From Eledone cirrhosa (taxonomy: Eukaryota), in contig OZ024749.1 of assembly GCA_964016885.1 (NCBI GenBank), positions 40,052,001 through 40,116,000 on the forward strand: a DNA stretch of 64,000 nucleotides, in the 5' to 3' direction. Each line of letters starts with the position of its first letter. Positions within the stretch are counted from its first letter, which is position 1. The notes beneath the pieces were generated by a model that did no database searches, had not been told where the DNA came from, and saw nothing but the letters and a program-made list of their open reading frames with translations. The position numbers and the translations under genes are program-made. This document shows, piece by piece, positions 54,760 to 64,000 of this stretch.

Positions 54760-55980
54760 GTGGTGGATTGGCCGAATCGGTAGAGCGTCGGGCAACAGGC
54801 TTAGCGGCATAGAATTACGGCTCTTTACATTCTGAGTTCAAATCCCGCCGAGGTTAACTTTGCCTTTCATCCTTACGGGGGGTCGATAAAATAAAGTACC
54901 AGTCATGCACTGGGGTCGATTTAATCGACTTTCTCCTCTCCCCAAAATTGCTGGCCTTGTGCCTATAGTAGAAACAATTATTTTTTTTCCTCGTAGATTG
55001 ACAGAGTCGGACAAATGTATAACAGCATTTGGTCCGGGTCTTTACGTACTGAGGTCAACTTTGCCTTTTATCCTTACGAGGTCGATGAAATAAAGTAACA
55101 GTAAAATACTGAAGTCGATATGATTGACTTCCCCCTCCACATAAATTGAAAGCCGTGTGCTTAAATTAGAAATTATGATTATTTTTCCTCCCCACTTGAG
55201 GAATACCAAGTTTAAAATAGAGGAAACTTTCTTGAACTAGTCCAACTATTTGTCAAATATACTCGTATCTATGACATCAACTGTCTACATTATTGCTTCT
55301 GAAAGACCCCGGTCACCTTCCTCCCCTTCAATACCAAATGTTCTCAATCCTCCCTCCACAGTTTGAATTACCATCTAACAATGTTTCACCCGCGACCCTA
55401 TTGAGAAAGCTTTTCAAACTTCAATATTTTATAGTCCCAAACAGAATTAAGTCTGACGCAGCTTATTTTTCTAAACTGTTTGAGGGAGGCTTGACTGAAA
55501 TTTCTCGCAGATCCAGAGACCATGTTGGAAAACTTTATTGTTTCTAGCGGGTCTATAATAGCTTCTGATTCAGGCACAAGGCCAACACTTTTGGGAGAAA
55601 GCAATGTCGATTAAGTCAACCTCAGTGTATTACTGTTTATCGACCCCCGTAAAGATGAAAGGCAAAGTTAACCTCGGCGGGATTTGAACTCAGACTGTAA
55701 CTCTATCCTGCAAAGCATGGCGTCCGAACCTCTACCGATACTGCCAATCCACCCCGATATAATATAATATACTATAATATAATATAATACCATTACTGGT
55801 ACTTTATTTTATCGACCCCGTAAGGATGAAAGGCAAAGTTAACCTCAATATAATATAATATAATATAATATAATATAATATAATATAATATAATATTGAA
55901 CTCAGGCCGTAAAGGGTCGTAACTCTATGCTGCAAAGCAAGCTGTCCGTCGCTCTATCGATACTGCAAATCCACCGCCCT
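54760..55980. mobile_element. Cluster of four SINE1 copies (54760+, about 55000+, 55557-, 55790- with internal (TAATA)n)
   Basis: Diagnostic motifs as above. Confidence 0.82.
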
Positions 55981-56428
55981 GAACGAGCCTATAAGTGAAA
56001 GTGTTCCAGCCGTGACCATCACGACATTTTGTTTTTAATGTTTTATGCATATTAACTAAAGTTCCCTTCCATTCTTTTAAAGAAGTCTGTGTATGATGTG
56101 AGGTAGATTTTGGCTTCTATTTCTAACTGATCGAGTGACTGTATAAGAAGCTACATGGTTGGCTTGGAATAAAACATATTTAAATGTAAGCAAGCCTAGG
56201 AATAGCAATTGCTAGAGAAGGATTATTGCACGTTGCTGGGAGCAATACTTAATCTCTCGACATTTCTCTATAGTTGCAGAATTAAAGAAATATATTTATG
56301 TAGATGCAACGATGCAATTTAGTAGCCATGCTTTGTAATGCAACAAGACAGTTGCAGATTAAGAAAATGTCGTAAGGGTCACACTAGTTGTACACAACAT
56401 ACACATACACACACACATACACACATAT

Positions 56429-56463
<35 letters not shown>

Positions 56464-56535
56464 AATATGTGTGTGTATATGTGTGTGTGTGTGGGCGTGT
56501 GTGTGTAGGCGTGTATATGCATGAATAAATATATG

Positions 56536-56575
<40 letters not shown>

Positions 56576-56628
56576 TATATGTGTAGGCGTGTATATGTAT
56601 GAATGAATATATGTATGTACGCATGTGC

Positions 56629-56711
<83 letters not shown>

Positions 56712-56780
56712 GAGAGAGATATTCTATATGCGTCTATATATGTCTATATATATCTATATATGTCTATACATATATACATG

Positions 56781-56853
<73 letters not shown>

Positions 56854-57378
56854 GTGTGAATATGTATTTGTGTGTGTATATATATCATGTATGCCTGTGT
56901 ATGTTCAAAGGCATTTTATGTACATCTACCATGGGGAGCAATACAAAAACACGTCCTTCATTTAAAGAGACAATATGTGATATGAATGAGAGATTCATAG
57001 CTACTATTTCTAGCACTTCGCGTGACCACATAAAGACTGACTCTTATTTGGTTTGTCAGAATTAACAGTTGTGTATCTGCATAGTAGCAGCAGTGCTGTG
57101 CAGCGTTACAGTTGCATAATTATAGTGCAGTGCTACATATAGCTGTATAACCCATATTATATAAAGACATCTATGCCCTCCGGTCAAACTTATGCCACTT
57201 CGACGGAAGTGTGCGAACTGGGAACAGTTCCAACTCTACCAAAGAAACGGTTTAGGCTTCAGCGTAGGGTTCACCTGCATTTAAATAATATCTACACTCT
57301 TCTTTAAAGTATGGAGTACTAATTTGAATAATGGTCTCGTTAGTCTCAATTAGTAACATTCTATCTCTCCCTATCTCT

Positions 57379-57480
<102 letters not shown>

Positions 57481-57482
57481 AC

Positions 57483-57512
<30 letters not shown>

Positions 57513-57517
<5 letters not shown>

Positions 57518-57674
57518 AAAATGTTTAACCCTCACGGCAGAGCTCAAGCCGTTTCGACGGCTATTTCTGGACCTTAACGGGGTTAAACATTTTCCTATTA
57601 CCCACTCTATTACCCTAAGTATTGAGTACTCTGGTGCGTTATGGTCCACCTGGTTCCTTACGACATTTCCTTCG

Positions 57675-57677
<3 letters not shown>
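57513..57677 (+). mobile_element. Family A element (inverted head, partial forward head, tail)
   Basis: ataggaaaatgtttaacc / ggttaaacattttcctat arms; (TA)n flanks. Confidence 0.8.
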
Positions 57678-57762
<85 letters not shown>

Positions 57763-57968
57763 TTACATACATATATAATTTATAAGCACACACACATATA
57801 TATACACATATATGCATATATATTTATATGATTTATACATATGTATACACACACACACACACATATATATATAAACATTTACATACATATATAATTTATA
57901 AGCACACACACATATATATACACATATATGCATATATATTTATATATGATTTATACATATGTATACAT

Positions 57969-57999
<31 letters not shown>

Positions 58000-58000
58000 G

Positions 58001-58368
<368 letters not shown>

Positions 58369-58694
58369 TACACAATTACATGATTGCAGATTATAGAGTT
58401 ACAGTACAGTGTAGCAATAGTACAGTTACTATTAGGCTATCATTGTAGCTGCATATTTGCAAACTTGCAATGTGCATCAATACCTCCTGTTCAGTTGCAG
58501 TGATGCATATCAGCACAGCAACTGCATAAAGTAATGAATGAGGCATAATCAGTCTCGACGCTGGGTGTTTCCATCTGTTCAATCAATGGAACAGTCTGCT
58601 AACTAAATTGACGTATAACTGACTAAGTGTTCTACAGGCACGTGTAGTTTACGCTTCTAATCTGAATCACACTGCCTTAGTGCTACTACTAATT

Positions 58695-58858
58695 AATTGT
58701 TTCTACTTTAGGCACAAGGCCAGCAATTTATCCAGTGCATTACTGGTACTTTATTTTATCGACCCCTGTAAAGATGAAAGGCAAAGTTAACCTCGGTGGG
58801 ATTTGAACTCAGATGGTAAAGGGACGTAACTATGCTGGAAAGCATGGCGTCCGACCCT
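58695..58858 (-). mobile_element. SINE1, 5'-truncated
   Basis: Matches the unit at 8821-9008. Confidence 0.88.
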
Positions 58859-59036
58859 CGGCACTACGTACAAGACAGCATCAATAAAAAATATATATCA
58901 TTTATAAATTTTATTTGTAAGTGTGAAGAAAGATTGTCTTCACATATATGAATTACGTATGTATATCTATCTATCTAGCTATCTATCTCTCTTCCTCTCC
59001 CTCTGTCTCTCCCTATCCCTATCCCTCTCTCTCTCC

Positions 59037-59141
<105 letters not shown>

Positions 59142-59175
59142 AATAGAATCAGTTTGAAATTAGTCAGACCATTAC

Positions 59176-59302
<127 letters not shown>

Positions 59303-59506
59303 AGCATCACTGTTGATGGATTGATGATCCCGAAATAGTAATATACAGTTACAGAAGTAGTTGGGACATGACCCCATTGTTTTGATGAAAGGATTTTATT
59401 CCGAAATATAAGGACCATTAAACAGCTGCAAAGTAACATCCCAAAATCTTTGTTATCATTATATTTTCTACACTTTAAACAACGCTTCAAGCCATCTACA
59501 ACACTC

Positions 59507-59606
<100 letters not shown>

Positions 59607-59630
59607 TATAATATAATATATATATAATAT

Positions 59631-59717
<87 letters not shown>

Positions 59718-59736
59718 GTTTGTATATATATATATA

Positions 59737-59803
<67 letters not shown>

Positions 59804-59948
59804 CATTCTGTCTGCTTCATGGTTAAATATTTCAAACAATTGTGGTTTTTCAACCCTCGTAATATTGGACACACGTTTTACTGTGTTTCTTACTACATAT
59901 ATATTATTATATATATATATATATATTATATGTATATATATATATATT

Positions 59949-60165
59949 ATAACGAAGGAAATGTGGTAAGGAACCAGGTGGACCATAACGCACCAAAGTA
60001 CTCAATACTTGAGGTAGTAGAGTGGGTAATAGGAACCAGTAAGACCCCGACAGCTGAGCTCAAGCCGTTTCGACGGCTAATTCTGGACTCAATTATTAGA
60101 ATTAGCTCCAGAATTAGCCGTCGAAACGGCTTGAGCTCAGCTGTCGGGGTCTTACTGGTTCCTAT
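59949..60165 (-). mobile_element. Family A element, minus strand, 59-bp fold-back
   Basis: Arms 60029-60087 and 60107-60165 with a 19-nt spacer. Confidence 0.85.
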
Positions 60166-60811
60166 ATATATATTATATGTATATATATATATAGAGAGAG
60201 ATATATATATATATATATACGTATGTATGTATATTTTAACGAAGTTGCCATTTAGTTGCTTGCGTGTGCTTTTGCAGTATTGGAAGAAGAACAGCGTATA
60301 AAATTAGGGTTGTTGTGATAGGATTGCACAAATGTGCAGCTGCTAGCACTTTGAAGCCATAGAAGTGCAACAGAGCTGAACTATGAGAGCAACAGATTAC
60401 CAAGAGGGGTGAAATGTAGCAGCACGTTTTTGTAGTTTGGCATGTGCATATCTGAAAGTGTTGAATTGCAAGTCTAAAATGCTGCAACACGGCTGCACTA
60501 TATAATTGCAACACTGCGCTGCAATGCTATGAAGAAGTGAAGATAATTAAAAATATTTTTACCTGTATTTAGAGATGTTGGTGTGTGAGGTGCATGCAAA
60601 GATGCAGAGCTGCATAATTGCACTTGTAATCCATCAAGGTGCATTTATTTTCAAGATGAACGGATAACTGAATAGAAGCCATTCAATAGTTATATTTACA
60701 GTATATACACATAAACATACAGGTTACGATAGTGTGATATATATATATATATACAAATACGCACACATACCCACATACACAAACAAAAACAGGCATATAC
60801 ACACATATATA

Positions 60812-60842
<31 letters not shown>

Positions 60843-60914
60843 TATAACACGCACACACGCACACATACACACATATATATTTATACATATATATATATAT
60901 ATTTACATACTTAC

Positions 60915-60990
<76 letters not shown>

Positions 60991-60995
60991 TATCA

Positions 60996-61084
60996 AAATA
61001 ACAGATTAAAGTTTAAGCAAAGAATCGCTGCTTTCACCCTTGACGGGATCTTCTGAATATATTATATTTGCTCTACGGTTTTTA

Positions 61085-61133
<49 letters not shown>

Positions 61134-61183
61134 CCTTATCGAGCCCTCTTCGGATTTTAGTCTTCACATTTATTATTATTACT
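60996..61183 (+). mobile_element. Family C element with inverted head and forward tail
   Basis: 60996-61054 is the reverse complement of 46596-46656; the tail from atatttgctctacggtt is forward. Confidence 0.72.
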
Positions 61184-61190
61184 ATATATA

Positions 61191-61305
<115 letters not shown>

Positions 61306-61344
61306 TGCAAACGGCAAACAGAAATAGCAAAGCAAACGACAGAT

Positions 61345-61570
61345 ACGATGAATAAATATATTAGTTTACGCTTGATATAGTAGGAAAAGTGTCAAAGAGT
61401 CTTGACGTTTCGGACGGTAGTCCTTCATCAGGAAATAAAATGAGAAATTAAAGAAGAAATAGAAAGATAGAAGAGTGGGAAGTGATTGAAAGGAGAAAAA
61501 GATTCTGGAGAAAAAAACAGGTCTATTCAGGTCATAGAAAACTGTTTAATCCAGCGTCGTTATATAAGAA
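61345..61570 (-). mobile_element. Family F PLE pseudo-LTR
   Basis: Homologue of 7220-7372. Confidence 0.7.
61398..61435 (-). ncRNA. Minimal hammerhead motif (PLE type)
   Basis: Minus strand CUGAUGA-A-GGAC-uacc-GUCC-GAAAC-GUC with a self-complementary ACGU in place of stem III. Confidence 0.7.
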
Positions 61571-61577
61571 GGTCAGT

Positions 61578-61930
<353 letters not shown>

Positions 61931-61974
61931 TATATATATATATATATATATATATACTTTCCACGTTTTTAATC

Positions 61975-62250
61975 CGTTTTATTCTGGACGCTACTTGTCC
62001 CACTGAAAATAAGGTTTGTGACAAAGAACTGAAGAAGTTTGAGAGATACAAACAAATCACTAGCATGGGAGATAAATCGTTTGTGGGCAATGAAAAAAGA
62101 TTGAATTGATTCCAGTTGTAGATGGGGTGTTTTGGCACTGTGAGCACCAGAATTGAAAACCAATTTTTACTGGGGAGCCAACATCAAGATTGGAAGCCTA
62201 CAGAAAACAACATTCCTTGAAACTGCCAGGATACTCAGAAAATGCTTGGC
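61975..62250 (+). mobile_element. Degenerate R4/Dong-clade endonuclease C-terminus
   Basis: FILDATCPTENKVCDKELKKFERY / LAWEINRLW / LIPVVDG / LQKTTFLETARILRKCL across frameshifts. Confidence 0.7.
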
Positions 62251-62339
62251 AATTCAAATGTGCAACTTCAGTCGACTGGTTGTTAACAACTGTCATCAGA
62301 ATTTCATCACCAGCAACAAATGATATACGACAAGCGAAT

Positions 62340-62733
62340 AATAATTGTTTCTATTTTTTGGCACAAGGCCAGCAATTATCCCAGTACATTACTGGTACTT
62401 TATTTTATCGACCCCGTAAGGATGAAAGGCAAAGTTAGCCTCGGCGGGATTGGAACTCAGGACGTAAATGGCCATAACTCCATGCTGCAAAGCATAGCAT
62501 CCAACCCTCTACCGATACTGCCAATCTACCACAATGATAAACAACAATAATAATTGTTTCTATTTCTGGCACAAGGCCAGCAATTACCCGCAGTGCATTA
62601 CTGGTACTTTATTGTATCGACCCCGTAAGGACGAAAGGCAAGGCTAACCGCTGCGGGATCTGAACTCAGAACGTAAAGGGCCATAACTCTATGCTGCAAA
62701 GCACGGTGTCTGACGTTCGACCGATACCGCCAA
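62340..62733 (-). mobile_element. Two adjacent SINE1 copies
   Basis: 62340-62530 and 62550-62733. Confidence 0.88.
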
Positions 62734-63060
62734 ATAATAGTGGTGATGATGATAATGCTTATGATAATGACAACAACAGCGACGATGACGATTCCGACAA
62801 TAAATTCAGGCTATATCCGGGTATTGAGAGAACTGGGATTTTGAGAGAGAGGAGGCTACACTCTAATTCCACCAATCAGCATGCAGCTTACGTAATATCC
62901 AACACAGCATGGCTTCTGTCTATGAGTTGGCAGTGAGATGATTGTCTGCCATACACTGTTGTTCTATACATTTATAGCAACAGATATTTGGCTCTGTGTG
63001 TGTGTCATTTCGGTATCTTCTCGTCGCTTTCTTTATCTGTGAATTGTGTGTATATACGTT

Positions 63061-63095
<35 letters not shown>

Positions 63096-63148
63096 GTGTT
63101 TGTATACGTATGTATGTGCTTTTATATAAATATATGTGTGTGTGTATA

Positions 63149-63203
<55 letters not shown>

Positions 63204-63588
63204 GTATGTATATATGTATATAAGTATGTAAACATAGTATATATGAATATATATGAATATATATACATGAATATTTGTATGTATACATATATATATATAT
63301 TAGAAAGTGAGCTTTTTTTACAAAATGAAAAATAACAAGTGAAAGTATAAAGAAAAAAAGATGAAATCGAAAATGCAACTGGAGTCTTATTTTTAAAAAT
63401 ATATATATATTTATTTGGTTCCTTTACCGGTTTCGCAGTTCTTCTGCTTTTCAAAAGTAGAGTTGAGATGGAGGGTCTGTGGTTTTTATATATATATATA
63501 CATATATTTTGGCACGGATCCCCAATTGATTAATATCTAGGCATTTATAAATATATATACTTTTTTATTAATTAGTTGTCGTCTACTG

Positions 63589-63652
<64 letters not shown>

Positions 63653-63684
63653 CAACATTAGTAGTAACAACATTAGTAGTAGTG

Positions 63685-63735
<51 letters not shown>

Positions 63736-63839
63736 TGACAGTTCTGATGTATGACATGTCCAGGTCTGTTAATCGTGGAAGAGCTCATTATTGTCCACGT
63801 CTGTCCAGTTTTCTTAAGGGAGAGAAAAAAGAGAGGGGA

Positions 63840-63882
<43 letters not shown>

Positions 63883-64000
63883 GGAAAGAAAGAAAGAAAG
63901 GAAATGAAAGAAACAAACAAACAAACAAAGAAAAAGAAAGATAGAAAGAAAATAAGAAAGAAGAAAGAAAGAGATAGAGAAAGAAAGAAAAAAAGAAAGA

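Noticed and set aside
55349-55490. Imperfect inverted repeat cctccctccacagttt / aaactgtttgagggagg as a MITE
   Set aside because: No TSD and no second copy in the window.

Overview
AT-rich, extremely microsatellite-dense eukaryotic intergenic/intronic DNA. The repeat content suggests an octopus-like cephalopod (inference, not checked). I find no convincing host protein-coding gene, and nearly all ORFs in the track are translations of simple repeats. The non-simple islands are mostly retroelement debris: (i) at least six short Penelope-like (PLE) pseudo-LTR families (here called A-F), nearly all inserted in (TA)n, many as fold-back (inverted arm + forward copy) structures and several carrying hammerhead-ribozyme (HHR) cores; (ii) a decayed Neptune-like PLE ORF (RT end + GIY-YIG) interrupted by a hAT-Charlie MITE; (iii) 3' ends of CRE, R4/Dong, Tx1/L1 and RTE LINEs, plus a TSD-flanked internally deleted RTE with a candidate HDV-like ribozyme; (iv) about 20 copies of one tRNA-headed SINE with ATT-starting TSDs and a tail resembling an R4-clade 3' UTR; (v) MITEs and minisatellites. 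The most novel-looking signal is family E. It is a covarying RNA fold in which a box C/D-type kink-turn hairpin and a pseudoknot would bring together all three hammerhead core segments in a non-canonical order. A near-complete type I hammerhead also lies at 22647-22706 (-). All structures were read by eye and none were computed or tested.
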